From: Octopus sinensis
Lineage: Eukaryota
Direction: 5' to 3'
Assembly (NCBI RefSeq): GCF_006345805.1
Contig: NC_043007.1
Coordinates: forward strand, 18,600,001-18,664,000
Length of the DNA stretch: 64,000 nt
In this document: positions 36,801-50,885 of the stretch, in pieces
How the letters are laid out: each line of letters begins with the position of its first letter
Numbering within the stretch: position 1 is the stretch's first letter
The notes under the pieces: model-generated
Database searches by the model: none
What the model saw: only the letters and a program-made list of their open reading frames with translations
Told to the model about the DNA's origin: nothing
Translations under genes and position numbers: made by a program

Positions 36801-39800
36801 GGAAAATAATGTTAGTCAGCATGGCCTAGAGAACGATGTGGTCTGGAATTTATCACTTCCATACCATAACCAGGGCCGTATATTATTTTTTGACCGATTT
36901 CTTTAGTTCGGTCAAACTTGCGGTGGATTCCAGTATTTCACTTTATTCCACCTTTATGGTACACCTGTTGTGCATTAAATTCAACTGATGATCTAGTGAT
37001 GTGCACAATTCTTCTTTATCAAAATTTTGTTGCATACCCATTTGAATATTAGCTGATGATTCATTTTCTATGGTGATGTTTAAACAAAATTTTAAAATTT
37101 TTACCTTTTGCTCAATTTTCCTGGATTTACCTGTAATTAAAGTCACTCTGAGACAAAAGTTATGCAATAGAATTGATTAAGAACCCTTTCTTTAATTATG
37201 TTCCAAATATCACATTAATATGTTGATAAGTAAAAAAGTTACAGTTATTTAATGAAACAAGCCTAGAGTCATGATTATTTTAGAATTTAATTGAAACTCA
37301 TGAGGGGTGTATTTTGGTCAGAAATATAGTAACGAAAGGGTTAAGACCGTTTTCCATGCTAAAGCAGAAGTTAGCGTTGAGAACTTTATGATGGTCTTCT
37401 TTCTCCATTTTATCTTATCCTTTAGATCCCTCTACCCCAAAACCTCTCGGTCCCAGAACCTCTTTCATCACCTCCAACCACATCCTTTTGGTTTTCTCCT
37501 TCCTCTACATCAGTGGTTCTCAAGTGGGGTTCCATATGACCCTTAGGGGCCCATATAAGATTTTATAGTTAAAATTTATGTGCAATAAATTGCTTATATT
37601 TCTACAATATATAAAATATTTTCACAGTATTTTTATAAAATTCCTAATAATAGTTAATTATAAAAATATAATAGGTTTATTTTTTAAACATCGAATGGCT
37701 GGAAGGGTCCACCTGAGTAAAATAGGAATCAAAGGGGTTGAGGATCACTGCTCTACAGCCTTCCACATTCATCTGGACTTTCTCCCTCTTCTTACTCTAT
37801 TAGAGAATTTGAGTAAACTTATATTAATGCGTCCAACTGATTAAAAAAATTCTATTTATTTATGCAGCTGAAGATAGCCCTGCATTTAAATTGATGTAAT
37901 GATTGCACTGTTCAATTAAATGGAGCCACTTGAAACAGTCGTACTGCATCACCTATTGATATCCCGTAACTTATTTTGATTATATATATATATATATATA
38001 TATTACATACACACGCTTCCGTGTCGGTGGCACGTAAAAACCACCAACCAATCGTGGTCGTCGCCAGCCTCCCTTGGCACCTGTGTCGGTGGCACGTAAA
38101 AAGCACCATCCATACGTGGTCGATGCCAGTGCCACCTTGACTGGCTTCCATGCCGGTGGCACGTATAAAGCACCCACTACACTCACCGAGTGGTTGGCGT
38201 TAGGAAGGGCATCCAGCTGTAGAAACACTGCCAGATCAGACTGGAGCCTGGTGCAGCCTCCATGGCTTCCCAGACTCCGGTCGAACTGTCAAACCCATGC
38301 TAGCATGGAAAACGGACGTTAAACAATGATGATGATGATGTAACTTTATCTTTTACTTCTTTCAGTCATCAGACTGCAGCCATGCTGGGGCACCACTTGT
38401 GGAAACTTAGTCAAAGAAATTGACACCAGTACATTTTTTTTTTGTCTAAGCTGGTACTTATACTATTAGTTTCTTTTATTGAAATGGTTGTCAAGTGGCG
38501 GTGAGGGACAAGCACAGACACTCACACACACATATATACACAACAAACTACTTTCAGTTTCCGTCTACCAAATCTACTCACAAGGCATTGGTCATCCCGA
38601 GACTACAGAAGACTCTTGCTCAAGATGCTGTACAATGGGACTGAACCCAGAACCATATCATCATCGTTTAACGTCCGCTTTCCATGCTAGCATGGGTTGG
38701 ACGATTTGACTGAGGGCTGTCGAACCAGATGGCTGCACCAGACTCCAGTCTTGATCTGGCAGAGTTTCTACAGCTGGATGCCCTTCCTAACGCCAACCAC
38801 TCCGAGAGTGTAGTGGGTACTTTTACGTGCCACCGATATATATATACACACACACATACATATACATGACAGGCTTCTTTCAGTTTCTGTCTTCCTGATC
38901 CACTCACAAAGCTTTGGGTAGCCTGAGGCTAAAGTAGAAGACACTTGTCCAAGGTGCCATGTAGTGGGACTGAACCCAAGACCAAATGGTTGGGAAGCAT
39001 GCTTCTTAACCACACAACTACATCTGTGCTTGTGACTGTTCACTTATGAACTTTCCCCTTCAGGCATACAATGAAGTACAAAAGAGAAAAACAAATCTTA
39101 CTGTGTAGCTACGGCTTTCAATTTGCGTTCTTTATTTATCTCAAGGACATTAGGCTTTGTTCTGGCTAAAAGAAGTTTCATTTTCCTCTGGATAAGAAAA
39201 AAAGAAAGAGAAAAAACAGCAAAATGAATTAAAGGGGAAGAGAAAAAATAAAACCAACAAGAAATACCATTTATTGGTTTTTCAGAGCTGATATTGCACT
39301 GTAGTTCCAATATCCACTCTTAGACATCGTTGCCACTCCTGATTCCCGCAGTTGTTTTGAATTCAGATTTGTTTACGTCTGTTTATCAGCTAATTTCTTA
39401 TTCTCATTCATTTGTGACTTTATTTTTTTGCTCTCATGGCTCCCAAGAAAATTCATATTGAAAGTACTAAGCATCATGCTTATAATATACCGGAAGATAA
39501 ACTGGCTACGATAAAACGTCATGAAAAAGGTGAAAAAGTGGTAACAATTGCACAATCTTTTGGGATGAGCCAGACAACTGTATCGACAATTATACATAAT
39601 AAGGACAAGATTTTAGCACACATGGTTTTTATTAACCATGTATTATTGAAAATGCATTTATAAATAAAGTATGGTATGGAAGCACTCCGTCGGTTACGAC
39701 GATGAGGGTTCCGGTTGATCTGAATCAACAGAACAACCTGCTCGTGAAATTAACGTGTAAGTGGCTGAGCACTCCAGAGACACGTGTACCCTTAACGTAG

Positions 39801-41856
39801 TTCTCGGGGATATTCAGCGTGACACAGAGAGCGAGAAGGCCGGCCCTTTGAAATACAGGTACAACAGAAACAGGAAGTAAGAGTGAGAGAAAGTTGTGGT
39901 GAAAGAGAACAGCAGGGATCACCACCATCCCCTGCTGGAGCCTCGTGGAGCTTTTAGGTGTTTTCGCTCAATAAACACTCACAACGCCCGGTCTGGGAAT
40001 CGAAACCGCGATCCTATGACCGCGAGTCCGCTGCCCTAACCACTGGGCCATTGCGCCTCCACTATAAATAAAGTACAGAACTGGGAATGGTTATTGTCAG
40101 TTTAACCTAGAGACAAGTTAATTTGACTTAAGTTGTGTCTCCTGGACCAATTAATGACGTAGGGTGAGGTATGCCTGCAGGTAAATATATATATCCATGA
40201 TATCAACCACATGAACTATGATGGAAAAATATGACATAATTTTTTGTGCAGGGGTTCCTTGAGACATGTAATTTATTTTAAGGGTTATGCAAGGGTAAAA
40301 AGGTTGAGAAACACTGGTATACACAAACGCATAGTATATTTTTACATATATCCAACAGGTTCCTTACAGTTTCCATCAACCAAATTCACTCACAAGGCTT
40401 TGGTGGGCCCAGGGCTGTAGCAGAAGACACTTGTTCAGGAGGACGGAACCTGATACCACATGGTTGGGAAGCAAACTTCTTAAGGCAGAGCTACATATAT
40501 CTAATAAATATCTTACTCAATTATATATGGAATCACGACAAGAAAGAAGATAAATAAAAAAAAAACAAGAAAATAAAAATCGCATGACAAACCTCTTTCA
40601 GTTTTTCTCTATGATCCTTAGAATCTGGAATTTCCTCTTTGACTGCTTCTGGATTTGTTTCCAACAATCTTTCGAGTTTATGTTTCTGAATTTCTTTGTC
40701 TGTTTTACCTTTAGCAAGAATTGTATGTTTCTTGCCAACAGGAATCTGAGTCCTTTCTAAAATTCTTGAAATAGCATCTGCAAAACCAACAATTTCATCC
40801 TCCTCCTCCTCCTCCTCACCACCACCACCATCCGCATCCTTTTGTGTTTTGGAAACAGTTTTCTTTGTTTTTGTCTTCTTCTTCTTCTTTTTACTTGGAG
40901 AAATTTCCTCTTCGTTTGAATTAGATTCCTCATCAAAACTTTCCTTTGATGCCTTCTTTTTCTTTTTTACAACTTTCTCCTCTTCAGCTTCAGAATCTTC
41001 ATCACTTGCTTCTTCTCCATCACTTTCACTAAACACATATTCTATCTCTGCCAAGGAAGAAATAAAAGAATGTATCTCCTTATCTAAACATGAATAGAGA
41101 TTTTTCGTTTTTTTGGAAAGGTACTAAGCTTTGTATTTATAGGGAGGGGATGGATATATCGGAAGTTGTGGTGTTCATAACATTCCCAGACACTCAAGGT
41201 GCCATGTGGTTGGGAATCTAGCCTGCACTTCTAACAGTTTTCTGTAATTATTCCTCTGCGTTTATATCCATGTTACTACCATGTTACTACATGGTAGTCA
41301 AATTATTCATCATTATCATTAGTGTCGTTTAACGTCCGCTTTCCATGCTAGCATGGGTTGGACGATTTGACTGAGGACTGGCGAACTAGATGGCTACACC
41401 AGGCTCCGATCTTGATTTGGCAGAGTTTCTACAGCTGGATGCCCTTCCTAACACCAACTACTCCGAGAGTGTAGTGGGTGCTTTTACGTGCCACCTGCAT
41501 GAGGGCCAGTTAGGCGGTACTGGCAAAAGTCATGGAAAATCGTGTTTTTTTCTTTTTTAAATGAAAAAACAGAAAATTTAAACTATTCTTAAAATTTTCA
41601 ACCAAAAAGATTAAATCTAACAAAAGACAATTTCTATGTAGTTTATGCTTTTACAAAAGTGTTTATCATTCAACTATATCTTACCAAAGCTTTTGTGTTT
41701 CTAAACCCAACCCATACATAAAACTGAAGAATTATGCAGAAAATTTTTTTTAGTTTTTAGCAAAAAAGTAATTGTAAAGTAAATACCAGATTTTACTTCA
41801 TCTTCACTACTGTCAGCTTCCACTTCTGTGCTTTTGGTCTGCTTTCTTTTAACCAT
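33386..41856 (-). CDS. RRP15: RRP15-like ribosomal RNA processing protein, ~298 aa. Coding exons 41856-41787, 41047-40593, 39187-39102, 35766-35577, 33481-33386; non-coding exon 1 ~44205-44158
   Basis: Acidic/lysine-rich N-terminus, then GFADAISRIL..TILAK, KERKLKAVATQGIVQLFNAVQEQQK and WNFLKDDFILDSTKMKDWD, which are Rrp15 family signatures. Exon phases join to 897 nt. Confidence 0.93.
35793..36185 (+). mobile_element. Non-autonomous Helitron-like insertion (unit B only)
   Basis: 5' tctctatatatataaagc; 3' imperfect hairpin cccaagcaatgccggg followed by CTAG|T. Confidence 0.6.
36266..37340 (+). mobile_element. Internally deleted piggyBac element with TTAA TSDs
   Basis: TTAA-ccctttcgttac...gtaacgaaaggg-TTAA. 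Transposase relics ANTGYCCGFSFYTGK...HGLGYDAVWKL (present twice in tandem) and YHNQGRILFFDRF. Confidence 0.88.
37511..37750. mobile_element. hAT MITE
   Basis: CAGTGGTTCTCAA...TTGAGGATCACTG; 8-bp TSD ctctacat/ctctacag. Confidence 0.75.
39436..39622 (+). mobile_element. pogo/Tigger transposase N-terminal (psq/CENP-B HTH) fragment; frameshifted paralog at 22364-22548
   Basis: EDKLATIKRHEKGEKVVTIAQSFGMSQTTVSTIIHNKDKI. Confidence 0.8.
40245..40324 (+). mobile_element. Right terminus of a hAT element (AAAAGGTTGAGAAACACTG + TSD gtatacac)
   Basis: Charlie-like 3' end; TSD identical to 21595-21602. Confidence 0.7.
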
Positions 41857-42956
41857 TCCTGTAAAACAAATATATTTATGAGCAAATGCAGATTCTTGGA
41901 GTTTGGTGTTCTTGCTAATACACAACCCTCCCCGTCACCCTTAACTCTATCCCCAACTTTCCCACTAATCCCTTCTCTGTTTTCCGTCCCATCTATCTCT
42001 CCCCCCAATAATATCCACTTTGTTACACTATCCTCTACCACCCACTCACACCTATCAATCTGTTCTTTTCTTTACACTTTACCAAGTTCCACCATCCAAC
42101 CTAAAATCATTACACCCCGTCTCTACTATCTTACTTCAGTTAAAGGGGCCTCTTTAGGTCCTTAGTCATCATCATCATTTAGCGTCCGTTTTCCATGCTA
42201 GCATGTGTTGGATGGTTTAACTGGGGTCTGTGAAGCCGGAAGGCTTCATCAGGCCCAGTCAGATTTGGCAGTGTTTCTACGGCTGGATGCCCTTCCTAAC
42301 GCCAACCACTCCGCGAGTGTAGTGGGTGTTTTTTACTTAGTATTGCAAGTTATAAAGAATGTAGTCAGAATATGGATGAATACTATTTACTATACAAATA
42401 GTATTTATCTAGATTCTGACCACCTTCAGTTAATATATATAAGATCTATTGAACCATTGCAATCTCTCTTTCCATACACACATAAATGTATACTCTTTTA
42501 CTTGTTTCAGTCACTTGACTGCGGCCATGCTGGAGCACCGCCTTTAGTCGAGCAAATCGACCCCGGGACTTATTCTTGGTAAGCCCAGTACTTATTATAT
42601 CGGTCTCTTTTGCCGAACCGCTAAGTGACGGGGACGTAAACACACCAGCATCGGTTGTCAAGCAATGCTAGGGGGACAAACAGACACACAAACACACATA
42701 CATATATACGACAGGCTTCTTTCAGTTTCCGTCTACCAAATCCACTCACAAGGCATTGGTCGGCCCAGGGCTATAGCAGAAGACACTTGCCCAAGATGCC
42801 TCGCAGTGGGACTGAACCCGGAACCATGTGGTTGGTTAGCAAGCTACATACCACACACCCACTCCTGTGCCTATATGTATATATTTGTATGTATGTATTT
42901 GCTGTGAAGCTCCATGGTGGTCTTGATCAAACCTATGATTAATTTTCCAGTCGTAA

Positions 42957-43657
42957 TAAACTTTGGCATTCTTTCGATATAACTTGGACAAAATCAAAAC
43001 ACTTCACTTTGGGTATTTCCGTGGAAGCAAACGACAGTTTGATTCTGTTTTCTGCTTGGAAATTTGCGGATTTTACATAAACACATGAAGCAGGTAAGAA
43101 CAAATATGCAAGGCTTTTTTTCTTCAAGTTTAAAATGAGACATTGCTGGCATAATTTCGTTATATCTTTACTCCACAACCCACGGAAATACCCGGAGTGA
43201 AATGTCTTGATTTTGTCGAGTTATATCGAAAGAATGCCTAAACTTATGGATCTTTTCGGTTTGAACGGCAGTTTTTTCTTGCAGTGTCATATGAAATTGT
43301 CACCCATAATTATGACCCTAGTATCGATCTATTGCATTTCAATCTGTTTTAGGGTTAGGGGTGGGGGGAAGGGTATCTTTTTTTCTTCAAAAATGTAAAT
43401 AAACCCAATCTGTTTCTTAAACGAGGGACATATTCATACGGCACAGACTGTTTTCACCTCAATAGACGTCATTGATTTGTTGAAATTGCAGAAATTGAAG
43501 AAAAAAAACAACAAATATCTAACAAACTATAGAATTTTCTCAATAAAGCCAAGAGAAAAAGATGTTTTATAAACACATTCTACCAGTATACGAAGTTTAA
43601 AATTTATTAGTTACCTAGGAATTATGTTAAAAACTGCCGTTCAAACCGAAAAGATCC
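42957..43657. mobile_element. Two adjacent/nested MITEs: 42957-43246 (TIR aaactttggcattctttcgatataact) and 43249-43657 (TIR ggatcttttcggtttgaacggcagtttt)
   Basis: Clear terminal inverted repeats; a mini-derivative of the first lies at 45045-45102. Confidence 0.8.
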
Positions 43658-44157
43658 AAACTTTTTTTTTCAAACACGGTACATCTAAAACTGTGTACTG
43701 CCTGCATTAAATCAGTAGGGTGTAACTGTGAGATATTTAGCTTCTATTTCTAGCAGATCGAGTAACTGAGTAAAGGCATACACACTAGCTTAGTATGAGT
43801 TGTCTTAACATGTGCGATATGTTCTTCTTGATGTCGCAAAACATTTTCATAAAGCAACAAATAGTGATTACAAATATAATCGATGAGCCTGACCTTTCTC
43901 CAGTGAATTCTAAATCATAATACAATCATAAGATGTATAGTTATTTAAAAGCACAGCAATATTTACACAAATGTTAGAATCAGATATTACAGAAAACCAT
44001 AAAATCTCTCCGATTTACGATTCAATTACTTTTTCAATGCAAATAAAAATATATAAGACCGTTAAAATATTATTGATCTAATCATCAAAAATGAAGAAAG
44101 TAAGAATTAATTACAAATAAACATTTAATTGGAAAATTTTGAGATAAATTAACTTAC

Positions 44158-44554
44158 TTAATATTTTAGATGTTAGCGACACGCGTGTTGTCAGCCGGTG
44201 TAATACAAAATTAGTATCCCATAAATATTCGATTGAAAGTTTTATTATAAAGACATATATTTATTTATACACATACATATGTGTGTGTAAATATACACAA
44301 ATAGTTAGTGAATAAAAGTGTAAAGTGCTGCATGTGGATTAATAGCAAGTGGATGGATTAAATATAAAGGAAATAATTTAGGACATATTTTATTGAAAAG
44401 GAAACGGATTAATTCTTCCGGTGTTGCGAAGCTCTTTAGTTTGGGAAAGAAGAAAAGTGAAAGCCTCGGATAATGGGGGACGCTTTTTTTTTCAGCAAGA
44501 CATCAATATAATTAAAACTTGGGTAAAGTTTAATTATATATTGGTGTTTTGAAT
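44158..44554. promoter_or_regulatory. Bidirectional promoter RRP15 / DCAF4
   Basis: RRP15 non-coding exon donor at 44158 (- strand) and DCAF4 ATG at 44555; CpG-containing patches at both ends; ETS motif cttccgg at ~44415. Confidence 0.7.
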
Positions 44555-47500
44555 ATGACTGATTTTCGAGGAAGGAAAAAGGGAAAGTGGGGGAAAAAGG
44601 AAAATGAATATCCTTCTTCTGCGACCATGTCAGTAAGTTATGACAATGCTTCTTCTGGCCAGCGTGCCTCTACTTTCTCGCCAAGTCCCTCAACTTCCAA
44701 ATCCACTCCGCATAACGACACGGCAAGCACACCAGTCACCCCTGCTATACATTCACAGAAGTTTGGCAGTAAGCTCAGTAAGAAACCGAAGAACAGTCCA
44801 TCGATAGACCCTGAAATGTCGTGTAAATACTTCTCGAAAGGAAGGAAACGAAAATTTCCTCCAAATAAAAAGCATTGGAAATCCTATTTCAACAACAAAA
44901 CGAAAGACGACTTCACCGAAAGAAATCACACGGACGAAGTTCCTTCGACATCTTATGGTTCGGCCCCCAAATCAAATGAACATAAAGAACTCGATATCCT
45001 TTTTCAGTATGTTCTCTTTAAATCTTTACAATTCCGAAAATAATTGGCATTCTTTTGAGATAAGTGTTATAAATGCTGATACGAATATCGAAAGAATGCC
45101 AAATAATTAATTTCACTTGTACGATTCACTAATTTCCGACAATCTGTCAAAAAATGTGTTCATTATTTTCGACTTCTGTTGTAGTCCAGGAAATGTGAGT
45201 TGTTGAAGATAATTAAGCATGCTTAATTATATTATTTATATTATTATTATTATTTATTTTATTTTTTGTCAAGAAAATTTCAGTGTTTCTCGTTTAGATA
45301 TGTTTAGGAAATCTTTACTTCTCTTTTGCTTGTATTTTCGATGTGTAATTCTTCGGAAAAGTTGTTTTTCCAATTTTGTATTTGACAATGTCTTTGAAAG
45401 AAATATCTAGAAACACACTGACCAACGTTCTCTTCCCACTTTTAATACTCTATCGTCTAATTTGAGGTACATAAGGCTACTATTTTTTTAATGATCATGA
45501 GGAGGCTTCCTTGATAATGTTCGTGGTTTTTAACTTGGAAGATTGAGAACAATTATCTTGCTTTAGTCATTATTTGAAGTATCTTAATCATTCTATCGAT
45601 ATAAACATTATCCACTCTTATTGTTATCCGAATTGTTTTAGTTCTTTTGAAGTTGATTTACAAGAATAATGGATGGTTTTTTTTCAAAGATCCAGAACAA
45701 TACCAACTGTTGGGATGGGACTTTATATGGACCCTTCATAATACTTTAATTCTTGTCCTATTTTGCTATGGAGTTAGCTTTTTTGACAATAGAGAGCAAG
45801 ATCTAACTTGTAAGTTATTATTATTAATAAGACGGCGAGCTGGCAGAATCGTTAGCACGCCAGGCGGAATGCTTAACGCTATTTCGCTCGTCGCTACGTT
45901 CTGAGTTCAAATTCCGCCGAGGATGACTTTGCTTTTCATTCTTTCGGGGTCGATAAGTTAAGTGCGAGTGAAACTGTGCGGGGTGGGGTCGATGTAATCG
46001 TCTGTCTCCTCCCTCAAAATTTTAGGCTTTATGCCTTTAGTAGAAAATATTATTAAGGCGGCATGCCTTAGCATGCCAGGTAAAATGCTTTATGTTTTGA
46101 GTTCAAATTCTGCTACGGTCGAATTTGCCTTTCAGGGCCAATGAAATAAGTACCAGTTGAGCACTAGGGTCGATGTAATTGACTTAACCCCTCCCCAGAA
46201 AACTGCTGACCTTGTACCAAAATTTGAAATCATTAATATGATCATTATTGTTGTTCTGGTAGAATCATTAGCACACTGAACAAAATGCTTAGTGGTATTT
46301 TTGTCTGTCTTTACGTTCTGGGTTCAAATCCCATCAGAATCAATAAAATTAGTAACTGTTGAGCCCTGGGGTCAGTGTAATCAACTTACCCCTTCCCCCA
46401 AATTGCTGGCCATATATCAAAATTGGAAACCATCCATTATTATTTGAGAAAGCATACTGTTTATTATTCAGTTAATTCCTTCATGTGTTTATAGTAATAT
46501 AATTTACATGGCACTTCTTGCCAGGACTTAATTATGTCCCATTATTAAGTCAGTCACTTAAAGAATGTTGTGAATTCTTTTAGATTTAACCAATACAAGT
46601 TCTTTATTTCTTATCTTTAAATAGACCATACTGATCACTCATATTCTCTACTTCAGTGGTTCCCAAACTATGAGTCGCGACCCATCTGTGGGTCGCGAAT
46701 GGAATCTTAGTGAGTCGCAAAAAGTTATAAAATTACGCATTAGCTTTGATTAACTGCTGTCTATTGAGATAGTTCAAGACTTATGTTTTCAATACCAGAC
46801 TTGTTGTTTTATATCTAGCAGTAGGCTTTTTCACGAACTTAACAAATCAGAGGCTGTCATTTTCTCAAGTTATTTATTCGTACGTAATCGTAAAAAGGAA
46901 AGGTCTGTTTTTACCTATTTATAGAGAACTTTAACTAGGCGAAGTATAACACTGATCGAGCCAATAACAGTTGCTACTTCAAGGTTTTGTATTAGTGTTA
47001 GTATTTACTCTGCAGCTCTCAAATTCTTTACGCCTGAAACTATCACGCATTGAACCTGATGTTAATTCTATTATTGAGCGTAGCAAGAAACAGGCTCATC
47101 CTTCTCACAGGCCTCACTAAAGATGTAATCTGAAATAAATTTGTGAATTTCATTAATGTTTTTACTCAGTAGAGTTAAGTGGGTCGCGACTCTAAAAAAT
47201 TTGGGAACCACTGCTCTACTTTATTCGTGTTTGTTTAATACCCACTTGTTACAGAGATTCATGGAGGTTGTTTATAGCACACACATAGTAATTTTCACTA
47301 AACTATTGCAATTATTGATTGACAATGCTTTACTCTTTGAATTTCTCAATAAGCACTCAATTTTTAAGTTTTGTTCTTTGCATTTCCCCTGTATTGATCC
47401 TTAACAGAATCCTACAACTTGCAGGATATTACTATGACACAGAACAGGAGAAATATTTCAAGATTATTCCTGGACACAACAATCTAAATGTTTTTACTAA

Positions 47501-48310
47501 GGCAAAAATTATTGCGAAAGAGACTGAGGAAAAACGTCAGAAGGATTTGATCAAAATGCGAGACAGCTCTTGCTCTTTGCCTAAAGTTTCCCACTTCAAG
47601 AACAATATTACTCTGTGGCTGGAACAAATGAAAGTAGGTTCTATAAACAACACACAAATGGGTATTTTCCAGCTAAGAAAAAATATTGCAGGCTTGAAAC
47701 CTTTCTGGCACGAGAAAGTATTTCCTAGTGAATTCGGTCCTTACGAACAGTTAAAACATTGCTTGCAGCTTTTAGTGAGCCCTTTATGTGATGACATTGT
47801 TGGCTCTTGGACAGTGCAAAAGTTCCTTAAACAACGTCTACAACTGATTCACATTAAAAGACGGACACCAACTAAAGATAACAACACTATTCCTATTGAG
47901 GTATATTCTAAATATTCTCTGTATTTGTTCTATTTTGCTTTTTTTGATGCTCTTTTATTTTCATTCTTTGTTATTTTTGTTCCATGCTGTCATTCTGAAT
48001 TAGCTACATATTTTCTTATTGACTTTTATTCTTCGATATAATGAAGCCTACTTATGCTTCTACACTAAAGAAAGGGCCATTCTTACAAGATCCAAAAAGA
48101 AGAAAATCATCTGAATTTTAATAAACATAGAAAAGTAGGCGCAGGAGTGGCTGTGTGGTAAGTAGCTTGCTAACCAACCACATGGTTCCGGGTTCTGTCC
48201 CACTGCGTGGCATCTTGGGCAAGTGTCTTCTGCTATAGCCTCGGGCCAACCAAAGCCTTGTGAGTGGATTTGATAGATGGAAACTGAAAGAAGCCTGTCG
48301 TATATATGTG

Positions 48311-48341
<31 letters not shown>

Positions 48342-50850
48342 CTGTGTTTGTCCCCCCTAGCATTGCTTGACAATCGATGTTGGTGTGTTTACGTCCCCAT
48401 CACTTAGCGGTTCGGCAAAAGAGACTAATAGAATAAGTACTGGGCTTACAAAGATTAAGTCCCGGTGTCGATTTGCTCAACTAAAGGCGGTGCTCCAGCA
48501 TGGCCGCAGTCAAATGACTGAAACAAGTAAAAGAGTAAAAGAGTATAGAAAAGTATATAAGGGGTGGTGGTGGTACTGAAAAGTTCCTGGCTTTAAGGGT
48601 ATCACAAAAGGCCTAGTTGGAAGCCCAACCTTCTGAGTTCTTTTTACAGGGCTTAGAAAAACTGAAGGACCACTGCAATAAGTGTGTGAATCTGAGAGGG
48701 GAATATGTTGAATAAAATCATAATTAACTGATCCTCCTGTATTTTCTTTTACCCAGAGCCAGGAACTCTCCAACACCCGCTCATATACTTGAAGAGATAT
48801 TTTCTTTTGTCTTTCTAACATAAATGTTAGACTTACAGACTAAATTGCTCATTCTCTAAATTTTCCTTTAAATTTATTTTATTTAATTTGTATACATACA
48901 AAAGATGTTGTGGAGTCACTGGCAGACTATTCAAAAATGTAATCTTCATATGTGGTAGATGGTTTGGAGCAGTTTGTATTAGCACATCAGAAATTAAGTC
49001 TCTTAAATGCTCAGATGGTTCACTATAAGTAGTTCATAGCTTTTGTTATCTAGGAGACATAGTTAGCAAGGGAGGTAGTTGCTCTGAAAGTGTAGTAGCT
49101 AGAGAGAGAGAACTGATTGAAGAAATTATATACATACATATATACACACACACATACCCTTCCTATCTCCCTTCTTTCTTTCCTTCCTTCCCTTAACATC
49201 CATCTTCCATGCATGCATGGGTAGGACGGTTGACAGGAACTGGCTTGGTAGAAAAACTACCCTAAGCTACTGTGTTTGTTTTGTCAGGAATTTTATGACT
49301 AGATACCCTTCCTAACACCAACCACTCCACAGAGTGGGCTCAGTACATTTTACATGGTACTAGCACAGGCGAAGTTAATTTTGGCATGATTTTTTACAGC
49401 TGGATGCCCTTCCAAATGCAAACCACATTACAGTGTGGACTGGATGCTTTTAACTTGGCACCAGCACTGGTAGGGTAACCGAGTAACTCACAAGACAAGG
49501 AATTACAAGAGAAGCAGGGCATTTGAGGAGAGGAACTTGTGTCAGAGGATGAAAGTTTAGAGCGTGACAATGTGACAGAGAGATGGTAGCAGGTGTCTTT
49601 CCACAACAGAGTGGGATTTAGAGAGGGTGATCCAGTATCAAATGATGAAAGGTTAGAATGTAACAGAGAAATAGGTGTCTTGCTATAGAGGAGGTACATG
49701 GTTACCTGGTGAGAGAGAGAGAGAGAAAAGATAGAGAGTGGGAGAGAGGTACAAGAGGCCAGAAACGAGTGTGCTGATGTAAAAGTAATATTTGGTTACC
49801 TAGTCAGAGGAGAAGGAGAGAGAGAGAGTAAGAAACAGTAAATGTGTAAGAGAGAGCAGAAGAGAGATGGTGTAATGCTGGGGTATCCTTACAAGTAACA
49901 AGAATATGAGCGTAGAACCTGGTTAGAAAAATAGGGTGTGGAGAGCAGCGATACAGTGAGCAAGGAGTGATGGCAAGAAAGGGGATTGGAAAGCAATCAT
50001 AGTTTATGAAGAGGAAATGTGAGGGAGAGAAAGATACAGTTAGAAGATGAATTGTAGTTTGATTTCTTAGGGTAGAGAAGATGAAAACTGTGTTGTTACA
50101 TGTGGGTGGGACACAACTCTTTTAGTACTCAGTTTTGTGGACAGGTCTTCTTTAGGACCTCATATTGCCAAACATCTTGCTCCATTTTCATTTCTTCCAT
50201 GAGCCCCAACATCCTAAGATCAGTCCTCAGTACTTCATCCCATGTTTTCCTGGGTCTCCTTCTTCCACAGGCACTTATGTGTACAGCTGTCTTCACTCAT
50301 ACGCATCACATGTGCAAACCAATGCAGTCTCCTCTCCTGCATACCACATTTAATCCCTCTTATACCTAACCTTTCTCTTGATACAGTTGTGCTTTGTTGG
50401 CCATGCACACTGATGTTGCAAATCCAATGGAGCATACTGCATTCATTCCTCTCCAGCCTATGCATGTCCTCTGCATTCAGTGCCCATGTCTCACTACCAT
50501 GTAACATATATGTGCATATATGTACATAAATGGGTACATTCTGGAAATGGGCTGTAATGGGAGACGGCAACGGGGAAGTGAACTGCTGAAATGTTGACAT
50601 TGGATTGCTGGTGTGGCTGTAGAATAAGAAACATAAATTGAACCTCTGCAGTCACGTGAGGATATGTAGTAATGAATTAATTGAAAAAATAAGGTGTGAT
50701 GGCTTCCCGCATGGTATCTATATAGTATGTCTGTAATTTTGTATGCAGTGTGAATTAACAAAATGTTAGCAAATGAATGAAATAGAAGCACATGTAAGGA
50801 ACTGTTAATTTAACAGTAAATGCCACAATAATTATTACAGAGGGACAAAG

Positions 50851-50885
<35 letters not shown>

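Larger units (their letters stand above)
22970..39639. repeat. Tandem segmental duplication, unit B
   Basis: See unit A. Homology ends at ttattaaccat (22550-22560 / 39629-39639). Confidence 0.92.
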
